From Lingula anatina (taxonomy: Eukaryota > Animalia > Brachiopoda): a stretch of 64,000 nt of DNA. The stretch covers positions 13,884,587-13,948,586 of the forward strand of contig CM120648.1 of the NCBI GenBank assembly GCA_051362555.1, read 5' to 3'. A program made the position numbers and the translations under genes. The notes beneath the pieces were generated by a model. The model did no database searches. It saw only the letters and a program-made list of their open reading frames with translations, and had not been told where the DNA came from. Shown here piece after piece: positions 25,701-37,710 of the stretch (positions within the stretch are counted from its first letter, which is position 1; each line of letters begins with the position of its first letter).

Positions 25701-26546
25701 TTAAGTATAACACATGCACCATACCTGCCCACCTGCAATTTTTTAGGGATGTTTGGCCTTTGGTCTCAGTGGTGCAGGTTGACCACTTTCTTCTCTGTTT
25801 GTATCATATATAATACCTTCCGGATATCTTCTCATATGCCTCCATCTGAATGGTGCGTTCATCTGAAACAGATTTAAACCAGTTAGTGCAATATACGTGT
25901 TGAACACATTCGCAAAATACTATTATTAACCTCTGCACAAACTGCATATTTTGTTTGTAATTTTAATATTAAGCATGATTCAAAGAGTAACTACTGCTAA
26001 TGATGATTAAATAAATAAGCCCTTAATTTTGCATTATATTTTTTGGAATAGCATCTCATGAAAGAGCATGGAATTAAGATTATATTGGTAACCATGCTTT
26101 AATGTGACAATATTCATGGTAACATTGACCCAGTTAAGGACTCAGTTAACTAATTTTTGGACAAACCTGTAAACACTACATCTTTAAACTGGTCATGCAC
26201 TGCTACATCATTCCATACGTTTTAGTCTATTGGCCACTTTTTATTGTAAGTTCTGTGGCATCTGGAAATGCTATACAACAAACAATACAATATATATTTC
26301 ATTTCATCATGTCATCGTGTACATGAGTAAGTTTAAGATTATGATAATACAATAATAAGTGAAGGTGATCAAAAATTACATAAAAAGGTTATATTACCAC
26401 AAAAGGCTGAGTTTTTAGCTATAAAATTTTCTAAATAATCCAATCCAAGAAGATGGTTCATGGTCTGGAAAAGAAGAATATTTTTTGTTACTCCCTAAGC
26501 AGAGATTTTAGCCCTCCCAGCTATGTGTGTGTGAGTGAGTTTAATT

Positions 26547-26900
26547 TAATAATAATAATTTAATAATTTTATTTGCTAGAATCACAACCCAAAGGTTGAA
26601 GTTTTACAATTTATCATAAATAAAATCAAAGGGGTATTTAAAGATAACTAAAAATTATAAACTATAAGACCAAAGCTTTAAAACAAGACTTATAAGACAA
26701 TTTAGAGCAGTATTTTACATGAAATTTAAAAGACTGTGCATTATATGATTTAAAACGCTCTGTTTTCACTCTTAGTATTAAAAATTTGTTGCTGACCCTG
26801 AGATTTCTTGGATTCTTTTCTTTAAACATATGGTGTTACATAATAAAATTCTTGATTTTTGCAAAATAGTTCTTAAATAAAATGTCTCTTCTCTCCCTTA
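26547..26900 (-). mobile_element. Degenerate LINE 3' end
   Basis: RNLRVSNKFLILRVKTERFKSY-like C-terminus followed by a UTR ending AATAAA and (ATT)n. Confidence 0.4.
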
Positions 26901-27139
26901 TTATATTAATTGCTGGTGTGTATTTGTTTTAAGAGTGGGGAGTACTTGATCACAAAGCCCCCTTTAAAGGACTATAGGGCATGATAAGTAGATTGTAATG
27001 GGGGGGGGGGGGGGGGGTCGGTATGCATGAAACAGTTAAAAATGTGATATATATATATATATATGTATGGAATCTCTTCTGTTCATTTATTTCATTGGAT
27101 TTAGTACTTGTAATGTTTGGTAAACCTTGTGTTGGGTCT

Positions 27140-28280
27140 CACTGTCCCACAGGCAGGGGTAGATCTTTACAAAAGAGATTGAAAGGCAGGTATGCTAGTG
27201 TAGTAATTGTCCATGTAAACATGATGTCCTTTATCTAGGAAAGGTGCTGTCAGGGACATTACCACATCATTGGTAGCTCGATCCCAGTTCACTTCCTTCT
27301 TTATTCTTTCCACTTGCATGTTTAGTATATATCCAGAAACAGACTTTGAAAGCATGAAAACTTTCATACCCCATCTGATTGGCTTGTCTTTCATAAATTG
27401 TCTGAATCCAAAGCGTGACTTACATGCAATCATAGATTCGTCGATAGAAATTTCCCTTTCTGGAGAGTACACTGTTCGTATCTTTTTCTCCACATAGTCT
27501 AAAATTGAACATATTTTATAAAGTTTGTATAATCCCGATTGTTTTTGTCTGATATGGTAGTGTCATTATCCGCAAAATGAATGTAACTTAGGATAGCAAG
27601 GAATCTATCACGGGACATGATTTTTCCAAACCCAGGTGAAGAAATTAACTTAGTCCAGCAGTCTTTGATGTTGGTTTTCATGACAAGTCCCATAGCAAAA
27701 ATCATGCCAAGCCAGGCTTTTAGTTCATCTAAAATTAGTTGCTCTTGTTCTCTCCTGTGTGGTATACAGGTTGGTCTGAGTGCATATCAGCAGCAGAAGG
27801 GTGTTGGTAAAAAATAAGCTAATAAGTGTACCAGGCATAACTGACTGCACATTTTCTTGGTCAATAGCATCTGGGGACAGGCCAGGTTTCTCTCTAAACC
27901 CAATGTTAGCATCCTTTCTGTTAGCAATATCCTCACTCAACGCTTCCTGTTCACCAGCCTCTACATATACCTCACATTTGACATTGTCAGAGAGGGGAGT
28001 GGTGTCTATTTCAGGCTCTGTATCAGAGCCATCTGTCCAACATACTGATCTAGCTAGCTGTATGTCTTCGTCATATTCTTCGTCATCCTCTAAAAAGGAA
28101 CAATTATGATTGAACTGACAGACAACATACAACCAGGTGCTTTTAAAGCATCTTCTTTGAATGTCAGGTAACAATAGGTGACATAACAAGCACGAAAAGT
28201 TATAACTGCATATGTGCGGTAATCGGCCCTAGGGACCTTCAAGAGAGAACTGCATATGTGTGGTTACTGGCCTTATGGGG
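27140..28280 (-). mobile_element. 3'-truncated piggyBac element with degenerate transposase
   Basis: Minus-strand end TTAA|CCCC at 28284-28277, and subterminal ACTGCATATGTG twice. ORFs contain MSRDRFLAIL, SIDESMI, KPIRWGMK and VYMDNYYTS. Confidence 0.9.
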
Positions 28281-29769
28281 TTAATGTGGGCATATTCTCT
28301 GGGTGACAGCAACTGTTTTTTACGGTCTTCCTTATTTATAGGCCTGTGAAGGCAGAGGTTAGATCCACCATCAGCAATTATCCACTCCTGCTGATTGGTG
28401 ATGTGGTGCAATACACCTCTCCAAATGCACTAGAAAAAAATTGCATATTTCAAAATGATTTAAGATACAAAGGTACAAAGTATACATAGTATAAAAAGTA
28501 GTGTTGACAGGATACTATAAAACATACTGTTTGTAACAAATGCATACTGTCGTCAAAGTTAATAAGCTGATTTAGGTGCTAGCACTGAAGGTTTGGTTAA
28601 ATTTATGGCAAATACCTATTAAAAGAAAATACATCAGAGCTTTCAAGGCATACATTTTTTTTTGTAGTAGAAAGATCTAACAGAAAGTATGCTATTAAAA
28701 GCTGCTTCGATTTACATGTGAACAACTTACTGAATAAACTGGAAATCTTACCACAAAGTCAGCATTAAGTAAGCCTTTTTACTCAAACCAAAAATGGTTG
28801 AGGATATCCTTGACCCAAGCCAAAAGAATGCTGTTGCCTCTCTTTTGTGCAACTTTGAATGAAGTAATGATTTTAATACAAATTCAACAGATGAAACATA
28901 ATGGCCTGCATGAAAATAGTATTCACTTTATAGATCAGTTTGAAAATACAAATAAATTCTGTCAGCTGGCCAAGTCATTCATTTCATTTTGTAGCAGACC
29001 ACGAGTAAAAACGAAGAAACATCGTTGGATATGACTGCTGTTTATTCAAGCAGTGTGAACAGAATTGAACTGAACAGAAACTGGTGAAAACTATAAAAAG
29101 AAAAGAAAAAAATAATAATACAGTGAAATGTCGAGATAAATAAACTAAATATACTAAATAACTTAATTTATGAGACCTTATAAAAAAGAAAAAAAAATCA
29201 ATCTTTACATAAATGTAAGTTAACTTCACTAATTATTAAATTTCAAACACCTACACTAAAACAATATCCATATTTGTTTTTCCACTGCCAACTGGCTGCC
29301 CAGAGATGGTCATGACAATCTGAGCTGTTATTGTAATTTATTAATAACGTAAAAATACATTTACGTATTATTCATTTAAGTGCCACACCCATACCAACAT
29401 ACACTTAATAAATACAATTCCATAGCCTACATTACTGATTTTAATAATGAAAAACTTATGTAAACTTACAAAAATTACATACAATACTTCTATATAATGT
29501 GAAATATAAATCACGCTATATTAAATACATAAATTTCACACAAGCTACATGTAATATCAAACCATACCTTCACTCTGCCAGTAAGTAATGAGTGACCGCC
29601 GTAGCAACTGCGACATCACCTTTTATACAGTTGACCACATGTATAATTGAACAGATGTTACCCGAACATAAACATAAACATAAGAACATCGTGGAATTAA
29701 AATGAAAATAATAACTATATATGTAATTTCTGCCGTGTCGGCAACACATTTATTTATAACAAAAGTTTC

Positions 29770-30340
29770 CTTCATTTCTGTCCCTAACAAATGTATTATA
29801 AAACCTTCATAAAAACCAGTAACTAGAAATTTTGATGTGCCACTGTCGTAATTTTGTAGGTACAATTCCAGGATGTGTAGATTTAGGGGGGTGGTGATAG
29901 ACTGGTCCAAATTGTAGGGCTTGTTGCTGAGAATGGCCTGTTGGACTACAATCTTCAAAAATTGGGTCAGGGTTGGTGGTGATATGGGCCAGAGGAGTGG
30001 GATTGTTTGCGGAAATTTTTGAATGTTGCAGGTTTTGACAATAGTTGGGGACAGGAAAAGCGAGGATGACTGTCCCTGCAGCCCATACACTGGTGGGGAA
30101 AGCGGCACGTGAGAGCATTGCAGGTCTGTCCCTCATTCCAACAACAGCAGAAGCCAGGCCTTGTGTATGTCTGGGGGAATGTTCCTCTGCTAGCAGTACG
30201 CCATTGGAGACTTCCCAGCTAAATTCCAGAGAGTTTTGTTTGGTCCTTAGTTGTCGTCCCTTGGTTGAGGTATGAATTGTTGTGGTGCAGAAACTTGGTT
30301 GCTGGTAGCAAAGTAACTCATTGCATCTAAGGTTGTAATC
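29770..30340 (-). mobile_element. Ngaro/DIRS tyrosine-recombinase retrotransposon fragment (gag zinc finger and start of RT)
   Basis: One frame gives CWNEGQTCNALTCRFPHQCMGCRDSHPRFSC. Another gives TPLNLHILELYLQNYD...FLVTGFYEGF, typical of the Ngaro RT N-terminus. Confidence 0.7.
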
Positions 30341-30344
30341 TTGT

Positions 30345-30740
30345 ATTCGATGGGCAGTGGTTAAGTAATGTTAAGTAATTTGTCCTTGGTCAGATCCTTT
30401 ATCAGGTAAGGAAACCAAATTTTGCACCCATAGCCCAGGATTGGAGTTATGAGTGTTTTGAATAATTTATAGGCAGTTTTGGTGGGTGCTGATAATAACT
30501 GGTTTCTTAGTTTGAAGAATACTTTCAGTGCTTTGTTTTTAAGATTTTCCATACCCTTGGTGAATTTACCAGATGGGGTAAAAGTTAAACCGAGGTAGCA
30601 GTATTCAGAGGTTATTTCTAATGGGTTAGTGCCTATTTAAATTTGTTGGTTTTGAGGAGATGGCCAGCCTTATTCAAGATCATGATCTGTGTTTTAGCAA
30701 TATTGATTATTACTTTCCCTTTGGACCAGTAGTTGTAAAG
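30345..30740 (-). mobile_element. LINE RT fragment, downstream half of an element split by the Tx1/L1 insertion
   Basis: INIAKTQIMI, EYCYLGLTF and KLFKTLITPILGYGCKIW motifs. Confidence 0.8.
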
Positions 30741-32420
30741 TTTTTTTTTTTTTTTTTTTTATTAAGCATATACAAACACAACACGTTACAATATATACAA
30801 ACATACAAACATACAAGAACATGCAATACATCACAGTATCAAGAAGGCATATTACAAATACAAAAAGATACACTACATCAGTACAGTTTTGTAACTTAAT
30901 ACAATACGTACACGTTCAAGGGTGCACAGTCACTGGAGTATCATTTTAATATTGTAACACTTACAATGCAGTATATACAAAATTCTACAGTATATTACAG
31001 AAGACCAAACTGAACAATACGTAACAAAGACAGGTGATACAGTGCACCAGTTTACAAACTAAAGACATAAGTGGTTGTGTGTCTTAATATAATATATGCA
31101 CATTCATACACACATTTTCACATACAACCTCACACACCAGAAAGCGCACGCACACTGTAGTACACACAAAAACTTATAATTCAGATGCTCAGTCATTGAA
31201 ATACTGATCTTATATTGAACAAAAAATAAAGATACATATTATGGACAGTTTTGTTTTGTTATTGTTTTACTGCTAATATCTTATGGATGTTTAGCCAAAT
31301 CTGTTGTATGTTAGATCGTTTCACTTGAGGATACATGTATAATGAAAACCTGGTAATATTTCCATAGCATTTGGCATATTGTATTAGCCCTACCCAAGTG
31401 AGGGGTTCTTATCTGGACCTGCATGTGCTTATGTATTTCTTAGTTATCAGTGTAAGTAAATACAGGCCTTCTATCTTAAATTGTTGTCCCAGACCAAATA
31501 AGAACACTTTGGGGTGCCTATCTATATTTGTCTTCATACTTTCCCTTATAGCATTAATAAGGCAAGTCCAGATATTTTGTATATATGGACATTCCCAAAA
31601 TACATGATATATTGTCTCTTTTGCTATATTGCAAAACTCGCACAGCTGAGATTCTTTTTTCTTTATTTTCATTAAGTATGAATTTGTGCTAAAAATTCTA
31701 TGATTGATTCTAAATTGCAGTGTTTGTAATTTTGTGTCATCCGTCTCATAAAAAACCGATCTAAATATCAAATTCCATTTCTCTTCGTCTAAAATTTCCC
31801 CAATATCTATGTGCCATTTGTTTATTGCTTTTCTAGGGATTTTTTCAAGTTCTTGTATGTAATTTTGATAAAAATATCTGGACGGCTTTGGAACACACTT
31901 CATAGCATTGCTGTTCTTAATACAGATGCTTTCTAAACGTTTACCATTATTCAAAATGGCCTTTTGCCACTGGACGGGAATACTATTTTGGATGCTCATG
32001 TAGTTGAGGAAATTGCTATTTAGTTTATATTTTCTATTAAGCTCTTCTAGTGATATGAATCTACCATTGTTATCAATAATATCATTTATGTAGAAAACTC
32101 CATTTCGCAGCCATTTTTTATAACAGATAGTTCTATGGTTAATTTTTATCTTGTCATTTTTCCATATCGGTTGCGAGAGGATTTCTTCAGCAGTTGTACT
32201 AGGGCTATTCTGTATTTCTGCCCAAGACTCAATCACGTCTTGCCAAAAACTGTTATTTATTTTTATAGACCTTAAACCCTCACTTGTTAGGTTCCCAAAC
32301 TTTTCTTTTCTGATTCTTTGAGTTCGTTTGTGAGTATATTTTTCCAGCTACTATTGTTTTTTGTGTCGAGAAATCTCTTTATCCAGGACATTTTTTAGTG
32401 ATTTATTAGTCTGTAAAGTT
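30741..32420 (-). mobile_element. 5'-truncated L1/Tx1-clade retrotransposon with poly(A) tail and TSD
   Basis: 275-aa ORF with zf-RVT motif CEFC....ETIYHVFWEC, poly(T) at 30741-30760, and CAGTAGTTGTAAAG duplicated at 30727-30740 and 32421-32434. Confidence 0.93.
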
Positions 32421-32790
32421 CAGTAGTTGTAAAGTTGATTAAAGGAGTGTTGTAGTCCTTGGGCACTTTCTGATATGAGGACCAGGTCATCTGTATACAT
32501 AAGGCAGCTTACTGGTGTATTATATAGATAGGAGGGATCATTTTCTTTGTTAACTTAAATATCAGGTAGGTCACTAAGAAAGAGGTTGAAAAGGGTGGGA
32601 CTCAATACGCAGTCTTGTTTCACACCTACAGTGGAGTTAATAGGTTTAGTTAGTTTGTTGTTGCAATGGATAGCGAATTGGGTAAAGCTGTGCATGCTAT
32701 GAATGATATTTATGAATGTGGAACTAAAATTGGAAAGGATGAGTTTGTGGAGTGGAGAGTTTCTCCAAACAGTGTCAAATGCTGAAGACA
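32421..32790 (-). mobile_element. LINE RT core fragment, upstream half
   Basis: AFDTVWR, GVKQDCVLSPTLFNLF and LMYTDDLVL (YADD-type) motifs. Confidence 0.88.
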
Positions 32791-33027
32791 AGCTCAATTC
32801 CTCAATTGAAGCATATGTGGTCTGAGTAAAGGACACAGGCTTGAAAGTCCTGATGCTTCTTCACGCTCTCTGACTCGGGCTCTTCTTCATTGTCCGATTA
32901 ACTGATTTCTGATGGTTTTAAAAGTGATTCAGTTTGCCTGTCCCTGGTTCAGGTATTGCCTCTTGCAATTTCTTCTTCTGGCTTATGAAGACTTCCTTGC
33001 AGAGGCAGACTGGGAAAAAAACATTAG

Positions 33028-33869
33028 AGCTATGAAAATAGATAATAGAGAGTTTTGGCAAGGCCTTCCGTATGACATGTAACGTATAGTTCAATACGTA
33101 ATACGTTTTACGTACGCGAGAAAGCTAGTAGTGGTTTTGGCAGGTCTCACTCCGTATGCGTTTTTTTTTCCGCCAGGAGCCGCTAGTTCAAAGATTCAGC
33201 TACTTCTGTCCAGCGAGCTGGGGTTTTAAATGAGTTGTAGAAATTTACCTCCTTCAGCAACATCTCGTCTATGTCATCAGTAAAAATTATGGATTTTTTC
33301 TTGGCTGACATACTGACTTTCCTGACTTTATTAGCTAGGCTATTATATTATGATTATCTGCAATTCAAATAAATAAAATGATAAGGGTATAGGCCTATAT
33401 ATATGGATTACACGAACATGGGGCTGCTTGTGGATTCTTTTTAGATAGATGAATAATTAAGATGTTGAATGGAATGTGTTATTTACGTCAATTGATGCTG
33501 CAGATCCTGTTGTTTATGAAAAAAAAAATCAACTTAAATTGAATTTGATACTACTACGGACGACTGATTGACTGGCTGTTTTTCCAGCTGTTTTCACAGA
33601 GTATTTCTACCGACAGCGTCTAAAAGTGACTCAGTGGAATCTTAACACCCTATATATTCCTCTGCAGTATGTTAAACTTGAAAGAAATAAGCGTAAATCT
33701 ATTCAATTCGATACGTTTCTTACCTACGTGTAATCACCGATTCATACGTAGTGCCGTATGACTTATGACTTGTCCTTGAGAAAAACTACGCACAAAGTGA
33801 TGACGTTGCATGTTATACATCGTACGGAAGGCCTTGCCAAAACTCTCTAGTCTATTATTTTCTATAGCT
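33028..33869. mobile_element. MITE with TAGAGAGTTTTGGCAAGGCCTTCCGTA inverted repeats
   Basis: 27-bp perfect core IR (about 33046-33072 and 33823-33849) extended by imperfect flanks. No coding capacity. Confidence 0.8.
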
Positions 33870-33972
33870 GAACATGAAAAATAAAGTTAAATTATCTTAA
33901 TATAACATCATATTTAATATATTTTAAACATTAAAGCCATTTAAGGTGGCATTTTGTTTCAGTGAAAGACAT

Positions 33973-34260
33973 TCATGTATTAATTACCATCCAGTTGTCT
34001 ATGGCACTGTCAGGTTGAAATTCTGATATGTCAGGTGACTGAAGTTTCACCATCAAGTCATTCAGCACTGAAGGGCTTAGCCTAGATTTCCTGCATGTCT
34101 TCAGGAGCTTTAGCTGTGAGAATGTTGTTTCACAGGAAACAATGGTTGCAGGTATCATTAGCATCAGTTCCCAGGAACATGATAAAGTTGAGACCATCGC
34201 TGTCTTCAAAAATGGTTGACCAGGAAAGACCCTGCCTGTTGTATCTGAATCAAAGAGCAA
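33973..34260 (-). pseudogene. hAT transposase C-terminal dimerisation domain (ZNF862-like)
   Basis: LMLMIPATIVSCETTFSQLKLLKTCRKSRLSPSVLNDLM..SPDISEFQPDSAIDNW. Confidence 0.85.
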
Positions 34261-34275
34261 TCAATAGACATATTA

Positions 34276-36279
34276 CAGTGTTCTCCACAACTTGAAATTA
34301 TTAGGTGGGGGAAGAGCAGTTATGGTGAGGGTCTCCGGAAGCGAGCGCCTGTGGCGCTCGCCATGCTAGGGGGGCCTGGGGGCATGTTCCCCCGGGAAAA
34401 TTTTGAAAAATTGGTGCAAATACCTGCATTCTGGGCAATTTTAGAAGTCTAAAAGGTCATTTTTATGGTAAGAGAATTCATCATTTCTTTAATGATAACT
34501 TTGATCATTTTGTAGATGTTCCTGTGTCAAGTTTTACTTTATATAAACAATAGTCATGGCTCTGAATTAAACTTCACTTTTATTTTTGAATAAATCTCTG
34601 AAACATAAGGCATTTCACATTGTTTTTATGGCTTCATTGACATCAGGTTACATTGAAGTAAAGTTAATAAAATGCAGTGCACTCTTCTGAGTGCACTCTT
34701 CTCCAATGAAAGCCTCTGTTTCCACAGACACCACATCCTGCATAGCAGCTGCTATCCCTCCATCTAGCTTTGATTGTCTGTATTCCACCTCCAAACTGTG
34801 AGACACCTGATGCATGGTGGGCTGTTCATGTCTCTTAATAGTGTCTTCTCTGTACGTCTGGCACCCAACTTTGGTCCAGATGTCAGTGCCTTTCTTGGAC
34901 CTTTGACCATGGCTTGAACACCAGGCACAAAACATACCTGAAACAATGCATTTCTATGGTTAAACAATGGTATTTGATGTTTATGTAGCGTTACATAATA
35001 ATTTAACGACGCAACGATCTTCCGTCGGACAGATATACGATAGCATCGACGTTGCTGCCTTTGCCCTGCTCTAAATGACTGTGAATGAACTTTTATTGAT
35101 ATTTAAATTAACAAATGGGTTCAAAGTCTCGTAAAGCTTCTCACATTTTAAAAATAATCTAATCATTCCGGATTAAAAACGTATGAATACATCATCTCAT
35201 TGGGATTGCTCACGTTCAAGTGGATTGCGGGAAGGGCAGGTCTAATATTCAAGACTGTCAATCTACTTCCTTATACAAGCATAAAGGCGGGGTAAACGGA
35301 GCACGTGACAAAATCAGCCTATCGCTATGCAAGACTACTTTTCACAAACGTCATTCATGAAGAGCACATGGTCGAAACTGGCTAAAACTGCCTACGTGAT
35401 CGGTAAATGTACAATGTATCTTTTCGATATATTAGCGGCCACGTTTTCTTGTAATACGAAAGAAATACATATGTATTAAAGCAACATCCCTGACATTAAA
35501 GTGATTGGTTTGGTTTTATTTTCCAGTTGTATATAGATTCCAGTAAGTAATGAGGTAACAAATGCAAGATATGGTGAAATTTGTAAAATTTTATAACGTT
35601 AATGATGAATAATGTAGTCAACTTACCTTCATCGGGTTCATGTCGAAGCCATGTATACTTCTTCAACCACGGAGCGTAAAACTCCGTCCTATGTTTGGGT
35701 TTTTTAGGTGTTGTTTCGCTGGTCGTTTCGTCATTTACCTGTACGGATGTATCCACTATTTTGTTTGATCATAGAAGTAGAGAAAATGGTTTGATGAATG
35801 TGACTCTCCGCGGGTTTTAAAAAGAGACGTCAACGTGCTCTGCTTTGACGCCATGCTTAGAGATCTTACGTGTTTCTATATTTAATTTTTTTTGCAATAA
35901 AATTCTGTAATAGTCGGTAGATAAGGCGGGGTAAATGGAGCACGTGACAAAATCAGCCTATCGCTATGACTACTTTTCACAAACGTCATCCGTAAAGAGC
36001 ACATGGTCGAAATTGGCTTCAACTGCGTACGTGAGCGGCAAATGTACAATGTATCTTTTAGATATGTTAGTGTCAAAGGGATGCAAAAACGACAGTCAAG
36101 CTATGCAAGTTCAAGTTTAATATCTCACTTTTCTACAAGAAAATAATCTGAAGGTCTGCTCATTGCTCAAAATAAAGGTGGCGGGCCGTTTACATAAGGT
36201 GGCGCAAAACTCAATAAGGTGGCGCAGCACCGAGATAAGGTGGCGCAGCGCCACCTAAAACAGGTCGTGGAGAACACTG
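34276..36279 (-). mobile_element. Internally deleted hAT-like element with 5-bp TSD (hAT5-like)
   Basis: TIR CAGTGTTCTCCAC, TATTA duplication at 34271-34275 and 36280-36284, and subterminal AAGGTGGCG repeats. Two exons encode a TTF-type zinc finger (FYAPWLKKYTWL | MFCAWC...IKRHEQPTMH). Confidence 0.9.
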
Positions 36280-37409
36280 TATTATGAGTGATATTTGGAA
36301 AAACAACTAATTTATACATTACAGTAACATAGCATTCAGGATTCATGTCAATTTACCGTATAGGTCTAAAGGAAAATATAAGTATTATTACTGATGCATC
36401 TCTGAAGATCTACTTTACAGTTGTCAAACATAATCCAAGCTATAGGGTGTTAGTCCTTGCAGCATCTTGATATACTGTACGTATTTGTAGTATATGTCTT
36501 TTGCAGTCTTCTATTGCTTTTTGTCCATGCATTTAAAAAATTAAAAAATCATGTTACCTGATACATGACATGTATTTTAATGTCTCCCTGTATTTTTATC
36601 TTCCTTTTCAATTTTTAGAAATGAGCAATTACCCTCAGTGTATGATCATACATTACATATGATATTTTATTCTGCAAGCACACACCTACACATACACAAC
36701 TTCTTTCTCTGATAAAATAATTTTGATAGACTCTTGTGGATAGTGAATTTGATACATGTGTGCAGTAAAATGATCTTTTATCTTATAGTTTGTTTTGACA
36801 TCTTATTAGTTTAGCCGTAGACTATCAGTCTGTTTTTGTACGGACCCGCCGGAAAGAGCCCTTACTTACTCTGCGGGTCGCTGCGGGTTGTTCATATGGC
36901 CTGGCGCAGTAACCATGGAAATAACATTGTTATCCATGTGCTGTTTGGTTTCTGTTAACATCATGCCCCATCGGGTAATTATCCTGTCTTACTTTCTGCT
37001 AACAAAAGAGCCTAACCCTAGCTCGCTGAGATAAAGATTGAAGCTGAGCATGGTTGCAATAAAGTGTTCGTCCAAGCATTAATTGACCTTTAATGCGCGG
37101 TGGCTTCACTCTACTTTGATCACTCTACTCTGATACGGAAATTTTAAGTATAAGAACTTGCCAACAATCATTTTTTAAAGTGACTTTACCAAAAAGACTC
37201 GGTGATGATAGCAACTTTCATGTACATTTTAGCTATGAATTGAGTGAATTCACATAGAGTTGAATAAATGAATTTATGAATATATGAAAGATCAAATAAA
37301 GCACTACTCGTACTTGTACATGTAATATTTATAAAGCTTCAAACCATTATTGCTATATCACATACTATAAACTTGACTGCACTTTATTTTTATAGTAGGT
37401 CCTGATATT

Positions 37410-37710
37410 TCTATTTTTTTTTGTTCATGGATGGAATGCATTTTTTCTAAAAAAGACTTGTCAGTTGTTTGAGTAATAAACATTTTTTAGGCCATATCAT
37501 TAATATAATTCAGTGTATATTTGCAAACAGGATCTCTCCCATCTACACTCGTAACATTTCTGTCCTTTTGAATTTGTTCATCATTAGTAAACAATCTTCC
37601 CATTAACTGCACGCAAAAGTTGCCTGGGGAACTTGCCCGTTGTCGAATATCAAAAATGTCTTTATTTGACAAGGCAAAGGGTTGCCGGCCGAAAGACTGA
37701 CTCCTTGGTT
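37410..37710 (-). pseudogene. BEN-domain exon, degenerate
   Basis: RASSPGNFCVQLMGRLFTNDEQ...NVTSVDGRDPV...LNYI matches the BEN pattern. It follows a CAG acceptor and has a stop at 37487-37489. Confidence 0.6.
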
